Part shown: positions 11,236 to 24,353 of the stretch, one piece after another | Layout of the letters: the number at the start of each line of letters is the position of its first letter | Numbering within the stretch: position 1 is the stretch's first letter | Origin: Camelus dromedarius | Taxonomy: Eukaryota | DNA: 64,000 nt | Direction of reading: 5' to 3' | Assembly (NCBI RefSeq): GCF_036321535.1 | Contig: NC_087467.1 | Span: 2,666,001 to 2,730,000, forward strand | The notes under the pieces: model-generated | What the model saw: only the letters and a program-made list of their open reading frames with translations | What the model was told of the DNA's origin: nothing | The model's database searches: none | Translations under genes and position numbers: made by a program

Positions 11236-14200
11236 TTTGACCTCTGGCAGTGGCTACATTCTCCCCAAACAGCTGGAAAACCCTTTGGGTAACATCTGTA
11301 TCGTAATCACTTTCTACCTCTTCTTAATCATTACCCGCCTCCTGATGGCAGTGTTTCCAGTCAGTCCAAACTGGTGAACTTTATAGATCACGGCTGAAAA
11401 CCTGCCTGTAGAAACTTGTTTGTGTGCAGAGGATGAAAAAAAAAAACATTTCATGTTTTTGGTGAGTTATTTTTCCCTATTCATAACATGCACGGTACTG
11501 TTTTTATATCCTAAGCTGTCTATTGATATATTTCAACTTCTTGAACATTCTTATCTCTATGTGATGGGACTCCCAGAGATAGAATTTTGGCTTTTTCCTC
11601 CTTTGAAAAACCACATACATGCTTATACCACCCAGTAAACAAAGTCTCACTCTGCCATCCATGGATCATAGCAGTATTCAATCAGTCTTATTTTATTACC
11701 CAGTATGTAAAATACTTCACATGATTACTAACATCTTATTATTGGGTGAATTTATCATATTTCCTTATTTTGGTATATCTAAACTTTTACTTTTGGTTTA
11801 TTACCTAAGTGAAAGAATAAATGTTCTCTTTCTTCATTTCTATCCTATAATATCATATGCTTTATTTCTTGTAAAATATTTTTGATGAGGTATGTTTACT
11901 TCAGAGTCCCCTTAAAAAGGAGTCACTACTTTTAACATTTTAAAAGAGAACTTATGAATATTTTTAGAGATTTTTTTTAGAATATTTTAGAATCTTTTAA
12001 TTTTAGAATATTTTTATTTTACTTTACAAAATTTTAGAATATTTTTCTCTTACCAGTTCCCTCCAGAACTAAGTTCATTTTCTATGAAACAAAGATTATT
12101 TTAGGAAATAGGACTCGAATAGTTTCTCAGCAAGGAGGCAGATTGGAGCAGGTGTTTGAAGAGGAAAAGTGAAGTCATGCAGAAGTGCGGGCAGTGGGCG
12201 GAGCTAGGACCTGCTGGTCACCACCCTACCTTGGTGACATGGTCTGAACTGGGAACACCTGATGTCTAGGTGGTTGTATTTACCTACAGAAGAAAACCCT
12301 CAAAATTTCTAAAGACACTCATCCTTGTGAAAGAGGAGCACGATGTGATTCAGCATTTCCAAAAACTTCTTTGATAAGCAAGTATGCAGCCTCTGAGCAG
12401 GTGTTGCTTTGCCTCCCAGAATGCTTCCCTTCGGCCTCCCTACCTTTAATAATTCTCACCATTTTTCAAGACCGAGTCATGTACTACGCTCTCCAGTGAG
12501 CCTCTCCAATTCATCCGTGTCCTGATTAATCTCTCCTGGAAACCATGAGACTTACTGCTTAAAGGACTCGCTGGCTAATGAATCACACACTTACTTACAT
12601 TGTTCATACCCTTTCACTGTATTATTATTTCCCTCTCCATGCATACATATTAACTTTCTACCTAAGAAAGGTGTTGAAAACGTGATTTTACAGGGCCAGT
12701 TCAAGTCCGTGCCCTCCAGTCTGCGCAATGCTTGTGTCGGAATCCACTTATTAGGGGGAGCCAGTGTTACAGCACCACCTGTCAACACATTTGCTTGTAG
12801 CTCTTCAGGATTTGGACTATACGTTAGTTATGATAATCCTGTCATTTGATTTTTAAATGAGGAAAATAATTCTGATTTGCCCCATGGACTGAGATAGATG
12901 GAGAAAAAAGAGAACGATACGTATCTAACAAAGACTTGCAAAATTATGATTGGAGAGTTAGTGGTGTTATGTAAGAGATGAGGTCCAGGCAGGACCTAGT
13001 ATTCTGAAGAAAGCCAGGGTCAAGAAGGGGTGAGACCTGTGTAACTGAGCAGTGCTCAGCGTGGTTTTCTAGGGCTTCCTAGATCTACCATGATCCTTTA
13101 AAAGAGTTTTTTTTGTTTTTTGTTTTTGTTTTGTGCTAGTCTTTCAGTGCAGAACCATTCAGGAAGCAAAAACAAGTTATAGACTGGGAAAAAGCTAAGG
13201 TTTCTGATCCAAAGACATCTGTCAATTGGCATCTATTTAAAAAGGCTAGAGCACATAGCACATAGGAATTGATAGGAGGAGGAAAATAGAGTAAAAAAAT
13301 ACCCTACATTGCAGAGAAGTATGAGGCCATTTGGGACAAGTCCCGGGGATATGATTTCTGATTGGCAGGTAAGCCCTAATGGGAGAATTATTACAGACAA
13401 CACATGCAGATAGATCAAGTTCTTGAATTATTTAATTATCATCAAATATTTTTTCCTGCATAGGACACAGATGTGGACCAATTGGCGAATTATTTAGAAA
13501 AATGTACAATATTGTGCTTTAATATTTATCGTGATTATTTGCCCAATGATAAGATCGATTTCTTAAAGCACACATTATGAATGTGCTTTGCTGCAGCCCT
13601 TAGTGGTTGCTGTAAGCCTTCATTCTCACACCAGGGTCACACACTGGGCACCACATAAAAGGAACATTCTGGCTCTCTCTTGCTGTTCACAACCTTAGTT
13701 CTGAACCGTTGGTCCTGACCCTTTTTTTCTGTGCTGCATCCCAGCCTGCCTTTGATCATCTCAGTCTCAGCCCTCACTGCTCATTCTCTCCTCTCTAGCG
13801 TCGCCTTGCCTCACCCTTTAGCATTCCCAGTTCTCCCCCTAGTGATGCTGACTCCACCGCCATGAGTAAACGCTCCTCCTCGTATGATCAGGCCCTGGGA
13901 CCCCCTGGATCAGGGCTGTTCCCTTCAGTCTCCTCTAACTTCTGCTCCCTCCAGGCAGCACACCATTTTCAGTTCATCTCAGCTTCAAAATAGGCACCAG
14001 AAATCTTGCTCAATAGCACATCCCTCCCCATTTCCCTGCCCTCTTCTTACGTGCATCTACCACAGTACATCTCACAAAGCTCAACACGCGTCAGGAGCCT
14101 GAGATATGTTTCCCGTCTTATTCATAGATGGAACAAACTCCAGGAACACAGGGGCAGGAGGAGTTGTAGAAATGGAAGGTGAATGAAGAAGCAAACTTCT

Positions 14201-15488
14201 GATTTTTGCAGTTTCACATCACTGTTGGCTTTTCTGTCAATTGTTAGTAAACTGGTTTTTTCAAGGGAGCATGAATGGGTGACAGGGGACAACGAAGCGG
14301 AGATGCTGGCGCAGGTTACCGCAATGATGCCCAGCGTGTTCTGAGGCAGCTCAGACAGTGGTCCTGCTCTCCCCTCAGCTCCCCCTCCTCTCCTTGCCTG
14401 GAAGGGCGGAGCCACATTCGAGTGTCTCAGCCGCTTTGCTGAGTTCTTTCCTCACTGAACCTACCCATTTACGGCGTCAGTACAGAAGAGACCCTCTTAG
14501 CTCCCAAGCACTGCTTCATTGCTCTAAGTATAGTTTTGTTCAGCAGCTAGGCTGGGTGAGAAATGATCAGTTACTCTACATTAAAAAAGATACTATTATT
14601 TTTTTTCTCACCTGAGATAGGATTGCAACTCTTATAGCATTCTTCAAAGTCAACCTCTTCAACATTGTTTCACGTACAAGCCAATAAGGGAAAGAGAAAA
14701 TCACACAACGTTTTCACAACATGGAAGTTTGGGCAAGGGAACATTAAAGACCCAGACAGACTGAGCCACGAATATTCTCTGTCAAGAGCAGCTGTAAAGT
14801 CTGTCACCTGAAGAGATTTCGGAGATACTCAGCTAAGTGATGTGATCTTAACCCACAAACTCAGTAGTCGGGAAATAGTACATTTTGTCCCCTTAAAATT
14901 CAACCGATTAAAGATCCCAAGCCGCCATGTTGTTGTGCTGGTGGGAATTTAACCTCAGGCATTCTGGGAGCGTTTTTGTGCTCGGAGCTCATTACATGGG
15001 GCACATTTACAAAGATGACTCCTGCATTTTTGCCAGGTCTTTGCTCACCTGCCCAATCAAGTTTTTATCTCAGCCCCAAAGCCACATTCATCAGGAAAGG
15101 ACGTCAAGAAATAAGTAACTTAAAGATGAACAAGGATGTACTTCCAAATGTACCAGAGTCATTTCGACAATATTGTATTCAAATGTACCCTCGCCTAGTA
15201 CATATGGCCTTCATGGGCTCCTGTGTATTCCAAAGGGGATAAAGACTTTGGGAAGAGTGTTGTGGTCAGAAATAGACCTCTCAGCATTTTCTAAATCCTA
15301 TGATTTGGTTTTCTTTATTAGTTTAACAGGGTAAAATAAGCAAGAAGCTCCATCCATTGAAGGTGTGGTTATAAATCAACTTAACACGTGTGTTTATATA
15401 TAGTTCAGGTGTCGGCTGAAATTGAGTTTAGGACACCCATATCCCGGGAAATAATTTTGACTCTTCTGAGAAGCACACTCCTTGGCCA

Positions 15489-15608
15489 TTTTTTTTTAAA
15501 CATTTTTTATTGATTTATAATCATTTTACAATGTTGTGTCAAATTCCAGTGTAGAGCACAATTTTTCAGTTATAGATGAACATGTATATATTCATTGTCT
15601 CATTTTTT
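15489..15608 (-). mobile_element. Young camelid-type L1, 5'-truncated 3' end (~120 bp)
   Basis: polyT then aacattttttattgatttataatcattttacaatgttgtgtcaaattccagtgtagagcac, near-identical reverse complement of the end of the 37851-38261 copy. Confidence 0.92.
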
Positions 15609-16222
15609 AAATAGAGTTTCTTTTCTCTAAGTAGAGTGATAAATCTTTGAGGAGAAGACTCACCATGTCTACAGGTTTTGGAGTTCCTTCAATAGCCCAG
15701 AGCTGAACTATAGTAAAAGCTCAGTAAATACTTAAGAAATAAAGTGAGGTCAAAAACATTGTTTGTATGGAACGTGTTTCAGTCAACTTGATCATTTTGT
15801 CATAAGTCATATTCAACATGTATATTTGGCCTAATTCAAACAAATCTATTAAGAATGCATTTGTAAACCAATACTGTTATCTCACCACAGATATTTGACT
15901 TCATCCTCTTCCTAAGTGTAAACTTGCCCATATTTTAAATGACCATATCTTTAGATATGGAAATATGACCGTATTTTTAATTTCCATATCTTTAGATGTG
16001 GGAAAAGACCTATTGGAGGAAAATGGATGCAAGTACCACAAACCACAATGTCAAGGTGCCCAGATGAATCCTAAAGCCACTGCCAGGATCAGCTGGGCCA
16101 GGGGAGACCAACAGGAACAGTGCCTGGTTTGAAGTTAGCTGACCTATAACTGTCATGGGTTAAAGCAAGTATTTATCCTCCCAGAGACTGTCCTTTTCTC
16201 TAAAACTTATTCTTATCCATAG

Positions 16223-16459
16223 GTTTTGCTAAGTGATTCTGAATTGTAATTTTTCATCACACCAGGGAGCAACTGGAGAACTCAGAATGCTCTCACGTGG
16301 GGGTCTGGGGAGCCTTCAGCCTACTGGTACCCTCAGGGAACTGTGTGCATTGGACCACAGGATGGAGAACAGCAACACTCTATCGGAATGTTCTCTTGTG
16401 TCCTTGATAATATCACAGCCAGTCTTTCATGAGACTAAAGCACTCAGACTCGGAAGCAG
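16223..16459 (+). ncRNA. Candidate internal exon (237 nt) of an unannotated spliced transcript
   Basis: Acceptor ccttttctctaaaacttattcttatccatAG|g and donor agcag|GTGAGG; all three frames stop within the first ~30 nt, so not an internal coding exon. Confidence 0.3.
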
Positions 16460-17576
16460 GTGAGGTCTTGAGAACTAGAGGTAAGATGAGGACTAGGTAA
16501 GAAGGAGGGCAGGTACATATCCAATCTAAGTGTAGCAGGATGCATTTTGCAAACTTTACTTTGTTCCTACTTCCATGTTTTTAAGTCTAAGGCTGTGTTC
16601 CACATTCACTGATCCTCAAAGGAGCAGTTCAGGTGTTTAAAAGCCTGGTGGAAGAGTCTTCCTGAGAACTGGGATTTGCCCCTCTAAGAGGAAAGAGAGA
16701 GAGAATTACATTAGCATAATGCATCCACTCTCTCCCCACCCTAAACCCTCAGAAAGTCACTGTTAACCTAGAGGGAGACCAAGTAAAGGACAAACATCCA
16801 AAGTGTGAGAAAAAGGCAATTTTGTACTGCATTAGTCCAGGCGGACAGGAGCGGGATGAGAGCTATAGTCCAGGGGAAAAATCGGAAATGAGGTTTTCTT
16901 TTCCTAAAAGAGAAAGAGAAGACAATTACTGTGGACCTGGTTGGCAGGCTCGCTCTGAGATACTAATTCACGCTAAGCCTCACTCCTCACCCTGCAGGGG
17001 TGGTGAGGAAACAGGATTGCTGCTAGAGGGGAAATTAGAGAACTGTTTCCTTAATCTCCCCCAGGGCCACTCCCTGTGGAAGTTTTTAATTCTGGATTTG
17101 CTTTAGGCATTCCACCCCTCCCCAGTGCACAGCCTGGGGCACAGCTCTATTGTTAAGCTTTGGGCAGTGGGCTGGAGTGGGAGGAAGACTCTGCAGGAAG
17201 GAGGGGAGCCAGCAAATAAGAACGTATACGCCTGTACCACTATCAAAACCTGTTTTAAGAAATTGGATGGGCATTCTCTGATACAACTTAAAATAAGAGC
17301 AGAGTTTGGAATAATACTGAGATAGTTCTTTCCAACTGACTCACTCCTTCTTAACCCCCTTCTCCATCTATGCGATGGTTTGGCAGTTCCCTGCTGGACT
17401 CAGTATGGAGGTTCCTAATCTTCTAAGAGGTCATAGACTCTTCTGAGAGTATGTTTGAAGCTGTGAATTATTGTGGGTAGGAGGGCAAAGAATAAGAGAA
17501 TCGAACGCACAGAAAATTTTGAATTAATTAATGATACAGGAAAAAATAATGTGGGAAGAAAAATGGGGTGAGAGGA

Positions 17577-18097
17577 TGTCCGTGTCCCAGGTCTTGGTTG
17601 AGTCCCTGGGACGTGCCCCACCAAGTGTGTGTCTTTGGCTTCATTGAGGAAAGAATTCAAGAGTGAGCCACAGTTGAGTAAAGATAGATTTATTCCGAGA
17701 AATGCACACTCTATAGACAGAGTGCAGTCTGTCTCACTCAGAAAGGAAAGCAGCCATCAGGTGTGGGGGTTAGTTTTCATGGGCTCAGTAACCTTATAAG
17801 CTAACAAGTGGGAGGGTTATTCCAACTACTTTTGGGGATTCCCAGGAATTGGGCCACCACCCACTTTTTGGCCTTTTATGGTTAGCCTCAGAACGGTCAT
17901 GGCGCTTGCGGGAGTGCCATTTGCCATGCCAATATATTACAATGAGCATATAATGAAACTCAAGGACTGCTAGAAGTCAAATCTCCTGCCGTCTTGGGCC
18001 TCAAGGCCTGTTGAGAGTTGGATGTTCAGCCATCTTGGTGTTAATTGCTCTGTCATTCCTTTAACAGTTGTGTCCTGCCCCCTTCTGCCCTGTCTCA
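17577..18097 (-). mobile_element. ERV1-class solo LTR (~520 bp)
   Basis: Minus strand begins TGAGACAGGGCAG and ends GGACA (TG...CA); AATAAA on minus at 17689-17694; homologous to the LTR at 26115-26648; no clear TSD. Confidence 0.85.
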
Positions 18098-19279
18098 ATA
18101 AAGTCTAAGTACTGAAGGTATTACCATCCATATGTGCAGAGAAAGGACACCTTGACTAGGCAGGGAAGACTGAGACTTTAAGAGTGCCCTAGGTGGTAAG
18201 TAGGATTTTAAAAGAAGACAGAAGAGCATGAAAATTCAGGGCGAAAAAGAATGTGAAGCGATGCTCAAGTGGGAATAAGATAGCCCGCAAAATAATCCTA
18301 ACTAAATTAGTGAGTAGGCACTGTAGGCTCGTGGAAAGTAAACCTGACAATGGAGAAACTCTCTGAGAGATTCTTCTTGTTTTTTGAACTTGTATCGAAC
18401 CCTGAAAGTTAGCCTGAGGGTCTCAAACTGTACTTCTAAAGGACATTTGGTAACTGTCTCAGATTTCCAGAAAGGACCATCCTACAGTTTAATCTGCCCA
18501 TGGAAGATCACAAATCTAGGAAGATGTGGCCAAGGGAAATGAGAAAAACTCTTTACCAATCAGGAGGAAAACCAGGTCTCATTTAAGTCAGGAGCCATAG
18601 CTACTTGGAAAGTTCAAACAAGAGTATTCAACATATTTCTTGTGCTTAAAATGATTAATTGGTAATGATATTAATAAGCAAGATTGTCACTCTAAAAGTC
18701 TCCGTGGAGCACTCCCACTGGAATGGAGGCTACATGCTGTAGCCTCACAATTGGGATGAAAATTGGACTCCATAATAGCAGAGGAAAGAGAAATTAAATG
18801 TTATAAGCCTGATAGAAATGAGAGGGCACAGGCAATGAGAGTTGAAGAGCAAAAGGAAATTTAATAAGGGTAATGTAATAAGCTCTCCCATCTGGCAGAC
18901 ACTGAAGGAGGTGACTCCCCCACCCAAAGGAGAAAGGATGACAGGCATGTCTAGACTGACTGATTATTCACGAGAAGTTCAGAGTGTGTCCTGGCTGGGC
19001 TGGCTACAACGGCAACAGACTCCAGGGCTGGGATCCTGGTCGTTCTCCCTGACACAGCTCTCCCAGCATCCGCGCCACTGGCACTGCATCTGTGCCTCTT
19101 GTTTGTTTTTAATATCAATCTCGATGAGCAGCCTGGTCCTTGCCCTTGTCCCATCCATGTCCCTGCTCAATAAAGGAATTACCTTAGCTCCTTGCACATG
19201 TCAGTCACTACATACTTCGGGGGAAATACTTTTATTCAATACTGGTTTTCTTTACAATAACTCTAGGAAGTCATTAAAT

Positions 19280-19390
19280 CAGGCATTATTATCGAAATCA
19301 TACAGATGTGGAAACTGAAATACAATATGGTAAATGGGTTTTCCAAGGTTGACTGTGATGCTGGGACTTGAGGCTCCTGGTTCGGGGTTC
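19280..19390 (-). mobile_element. MIR SINE fragment
   Basis: attattatc...acagatgtggaaactga MIR core on the reverse strand. Confidence 0.6.
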
Positions 19391-20714
19391 TGCCTGCACA
19401 CCTTTCTGTTTTCTCGAAGGGTAGCAGAGGGAGCAGTAAGTATCCTTTTCCCTCTTGTTCTGAGTAGAGGTCAGAGAGCAGGGCTCTGGGCCGCTAGCTG
19501 TGTGGAATAAAGTGCTCTCATTGTGAAATCTGATTCTGGCATAAAGCTTTACAGGGAGACATTCTGCATAACAAAGTCATTCGTGTGTCCCAGGGGAATG
19601 GTCTACAGTAATAGCATTTTGTTGATCTGGTCACAACAAATAATCCACAATTAATAACACCATATTATAAAATGCTGTCTCTCTTGACTATTCATAAAAC
19701 ATGCTGTCTCTAAAATAAAATACTTGTTGGTTTATTGCTTAATTATTATTTAATTATTGCTTTTTAAAAAAAAAAAAAGTAGTCAGTAGAGGAGTGCATT
19801 TTGTTAGAACTGTAAGTGGGAAGGCGAGATCTCCATCTCTGCACCAGCCCAGCTCTTCCAAATTGAGCTCCTGTTCATTACCGGTCAACGCCCTGTCATC
19901 TTCTGGGCTTCCACTTACCACCATTCAGCTGCCACTCTCCCAGAAGAATAAATGCAAAGCCAGCCTTCATTACAACAAACAAATGATCTTGGAGATGGCA
20001 GAAGCGTGTGGCATGAGCTACAGCACGTCTTTTCATCGCTGAGATCACTTCAGAATGTAAGCAATCTGTCAATGTTTGATGGACTTGCTTTTGTCTTGTT
20101 AGCTCCAGCTCATGCCAAGGGTGAATATGGGTTACAGAAAAAAGTCATGACAAGACTAAATAATTTGAATTTTTTGCATTATTTGCTATATAAGGAAGTT
20201 TGATTGGCGTCTCTTTCCAAGGCATTCAGATTTGGAAAATATGTATTCATAATTAGAAAATAGACAATTAATCCTATCCTTTGGCTTACTTAGGAATTAA
20301 ATAAAAATTATTTATTAGTTTGCCTTTTTAATCACCTGTCTTCAAATTGCTCTACTTTGATCTTTGTCTTATGTAACTATATATAATATGTAAACGTATA
20401 CATACGTATATCTGCATATGTATATATTCACACATATATGTGTATACATTTGTTGGCAATGCATTTGAATTGAGATAATGACAAAAAAAAATTGGATGAG
20501 GATGGATAGATTATAAAATGCAGTCACCTTTCATTTAATGGGAAGGTTCTAAATTGGTCTTGATTGGGTGTCAAAAGCTGCATTGTTACAGCCTCCGTGT
20601 GGAAACGGGAATCCCAAACTCAAAATTAGAACATCCGTAAAACTGAAGGCTACACTCACCCGGAGCGCCCAATCGGTGCCAGCCCCTGAGCTCGGCGACT
20701 GGCCAGCACTACCA

Positions 20715-20875
20715 TCTTAACTCTTCTAACATCCCTGTGTAGTAGGTGCTATTCTTACCTCCTGCTGTAGAGTGAAAGAGAGGCCAGTTACCTCGCATAA
20801 GTGTCTATGACTAGAACTTCAGGCAACCGGGAGTTAAACCCAGATGCCTTCTACTCCAGCCTCGGTCTTTAAACA
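20715..20875 (-). mobile_element. MIR SINE fragment
   Basis: aacatccctgtgtagtaggtgctattctt...aaacccagatgccttctactccag. Confidence 0.55.
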
Positions 20876-20983
20876 CAAGAAAACTTATGGGAAAACTTAG
20901 CAGAGGTGGGTTAAGAACAATCAAACTACTGCAAGATGGAGTGGGTTTTGGAGTTACTATGTTCTTTTTATGAAGTTTTAGAG

Positions 20984-21196
20984 CAATGGTTCTCAGTGTT
21001 TTCTTTCATGATCTCCCTACCCCTCCATGGAGACTTCTTGGAGATTTTTTCCTAATTGCTTTCCCATGAAATGTTCATTTCACAATATACTATATTTCTG
21101 TGTGTGTAATGGATGTACCTCTGAACTTTATACACAGGATGAGTAACATTTTTTTCATTCCCAAGAACCAGTTTACCTCCTTGTTGAGAACGCCAG
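20984..21196. mobile_element. hAT-Charlie type non-autonomous DNA transposon
   Basis: Degenerate terminal inverted repeats caatggttctca ... ttgagaacgccag. Confidence 0.6.
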
Positions 21197-21246
21197 CCTT
21201 AAAGGCTTAGAGCAAGCAATCTAGGTCTTGACAGAAAATAATCTTA

Positions 21247-21314
21247 ATATATGTATGTACATATGTATATATGTATGTGTGTGTGTATACATATATATAT
21301 ATATATATATACAC
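21247..21314. repeat. (TA)n/(TG)n compound microsatellite
   Basis: Direct reading. Confidence 0.9.
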
Positions 21315-21429
21315 AGCCCAGAGAAATAAAAATATTTAATCATTACATTTTTCATTCTTCCTTTACCTATAACTGAAGATTTTTCCAGTATTTATAAAAA
21401 ATAAACAAAATTTAATTATCAATATACAG

Positions 21430-21560
21430 ACTTTTGCTTAATTTTAAACATATTTAATTGACTGTTACTTTGTGTAATTGATTTTAAATATATTTAATTA
21501 GCTATTTGTTACTTTGCTTAATTAATTTTAAACATATTTAACTATTTGTTACTTTGCTTT
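21430..21560. repeat. AT-rich degenerate minisatellite, about 3.3 units of 36-44 bp
   Basis: Recurring actttgcttaatt...ttttaaacatatttaa...tgtt unit. Confidence 0.8.
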
Positions 21561-22124
21561 CTTATAAATATGCTTAATTATAAATATATGTTAAAAAAAG
21601 AAACTATTTTAGTAGTACTAAATTGACCTAAGTAGATGTTACTGTTCAACTCTGAACAGCTACCTGAAGTGAAGTGAAGGCATGTTTATTACCAGGATTT
21701 CATGTATTAGAAGAAAAGAAAAAAAAATAAAAGTTTTAAGTGTAGAACAATCACCACTAGCTAAGCAAAGTTTATGTGCAAAAATAAATTACATGCATGC
21801 ATTCAATTTTTGCAATATAAAAGCATAAACTCTTTAATACTGGCTTGCCTGAAATTTATACATTTTCTTTTCATGGATTTATTGCTATTGCTTGGCTGGT
21901 TTTGGCCCCTAAAAATTTACACTATTTCTCTTTTCATTACTCCCTTTAATTTATTCCTCAGTTGCATTATCTTCACTTCCCTAAAACTCTGAAAAATCCT
22001 CAGAAGTCATTATCATTTTCTATTCTCAGAATTTTAAGTATTAGATTTTTTAAAGCCCTTTAGGTCCAACTGAATTATTTGATCCCGTACTCTCTTGATC
22101 CCATGACAAGTGTGTGATTCTGAA

Positions 22125-22260
22125 GTTTCTGTTCACTCATCTGTGGATTTACGGAGCACCTCCTGCCATGTCACAACGGTACCCCAGATGCAGGAGATGG
22201 CAAGTGCACACGTCAGGCCATGGCCCTGAGATGTAGGGAATGGACAGTAGAGCTGGGGAG
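22125..22260 (-). mobile_element. L2 3' end fragment
   Basis: tcactcatctgtggatttacggagcacctcctgccatgtc resembles the reverse L2 terminus. Confidence 0.55.
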
Positions 22261-22429
22261 TCCCGATAGCTGACACTCAAGACACGAGTGTCAACTCATG
22301 GCTTTCGAAGCTAAGCTGCTAAGCTGCTCTGTCCCTTCCTATTTAAAAAAATCGGTTGACCCTCTCTCCACCTCAGTCTCCCATGATGATAAATATTTCT
22401 GCTTCCACTACGACTGTCATTAATAACAA

Positions 22430-22680
22430 TGGTTACTAGTGATAATATTAAAAAATAAAAATAGCAGCTAACACTGATGAGATATGTGCTGCCTACCTGA
22501 TGATTCATTTAATCACCCCAGGAATTTCTTATATGTGTACTATGATTATCTGCATTTTACGGATGAAGCCAAAGTGAAGAAAATGTCTTGAAATGGATGG
22601 CAGAGCTAGGAGGCAGCCGGTTAAGATTCGAACACAGTCCTGAGTCAGAGCCCGTATTTTTACCTGTGATACCACTGCTG
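22430..22680 (-). mobile_element. MIR SINE, near full length
   Basis: aatagcagctaacactgatgag...tcatttaatc...cattttacggatgaag...ttcgaacacag. Confidence 0.7.
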
Positions 22681-24353
22681 CTGGATTAGGTGGCCCCTAA
22701 AGGTCCTCCAAACTCAACTGCTTTCTGGTTCTGTGACTTTTCATTATTCTACCCAGGCTTTGTTCAGCAGAACACCTTGCCTTTAACGATGGTAAAAGCT
22801 AGCCTTTCCTTCAGTGAATACACGGACCACAAGAGCCACAGGATGGGACCACAGGGCCACAGGGGAGTCACACCATGGCTACTTTAAAAAAAATCCCTTT
22901 TAATTCCTTCTACTTTCCTACACACATTTCTCATGTTATTAACCCAACAATGATTAGCCATTAAACATCCCCCACAACGGAGAGGGTGAGAGAAAGAGGG
23001 AGAGGGAGAGAGAGAAAGAGAGAAAGAAATAACCACCAAGACAGAAGAAATTCACAGAGAGACAGAAAACCTATAGTAAGGAGAAGAACTCACTAAAGGG
23101 GATGCAAAAACAAGTAAACAACCCCTGTATTTCTATAGATAAAAATTTAGAAGGATGTTTATTCTGGACAGACATTAAGTCTTGATGGAATTGGATACGT
23201 ATAAGCAGGTATGTTCCTCATCATAGCTAATTCGGGGCTGAAAAGATAAGCTAATGAATTGAATACCCCCAAAGTCTTAAGTTTTCCCTTATTGGCTTCC
23301 AAAATTTTATAGAACTAGATTTGCAGTCTTTTTTTTTTTTTTTTTCTTGAATTAACTTGAATCTAGTACTGATTTGATGCCAGGAATACACCACAGTCTC
23401 TTCCTTCTCAGAACTTCTGGTCTAAAATACATCCCCTTGATATAAGAGTATCATAAACAGGCATAAAGCATCTTTTCTGTGTCTATAAAAGGAGCCCAAC
23501 ATTACTGAATTAATAAAGTAGATTTATTGAGTGGCCACCATATTCCCTGCTCCAGGCAGAATGAAATATCAACACTCTTTTGGGAGATGCTGTAAAGCAT
23601 CCTTTGCCTTTGGAGGAAACCCTGGTCTCCTTCTTTGCGTCTGGCATGTGCTCCAAGGTGTGGGCTGTACCTTTTGCATCAACCTGAGACAAAGCCAGAG
23701 CACGACACATTTGGGTTTGTGTAAACGTCTTTGCTTCTGCTGCTTCTCTGAAGAGTGAGACAGCCTCGCTGGAATGAGCTCCTCTGATTCCCAGCCCTTC
23801 AAACTAACCACCAGGTGATAACCACTCACAACAGATACTGACTTTCCATGCATAAGGATTCATTTTACGTGCAAAACATTTCATAGTGTTCCAGTCACAG
23901 CTCACTGGTTGTTATTCCAGAAAGCATCTGTCTGAACCACTAATCGAAGTTTCTTAAACAAACGGCATTAGGCATCTCTTCCTGGGTTTTTCAAATTTCT
24001 TAGAGAGAAAAATACAAGATTTGAAATGCTTGCATATCATTATCAAGAACATAATCAAATACACAGGATATAGAGTAAGGCCTATGGTAGGGATTTATTT
24101 TCTTCTGAAATTGGTAGAGATTTCACAGAGGGATATAAGTTCCTAAAAAGATGTTCTTTTGAAAACCTTTTAGAAAAGAATTTTTGGTTAAATAAGTTTG
24201 GAAAATAATATACACTACGCATCTCTCTTAGAAACTTACAAACATGCCAGTATTAAGGATTCCAAGGAATTCTGTAATAAGGGGACTTCATTATATTTAA
24301 GATTTTCTCAGCTAATTTTAACTCTTCTTCTTTTTTTTTTCTTCTTGTGACAG

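Noticed and set aside
18842-19318. Longest ORF in the track (158 aa)
   Set aside because: Starts at a non-ATG codon, no recognisable domain or exon boundaries; this length is expected by chance in 64 kb
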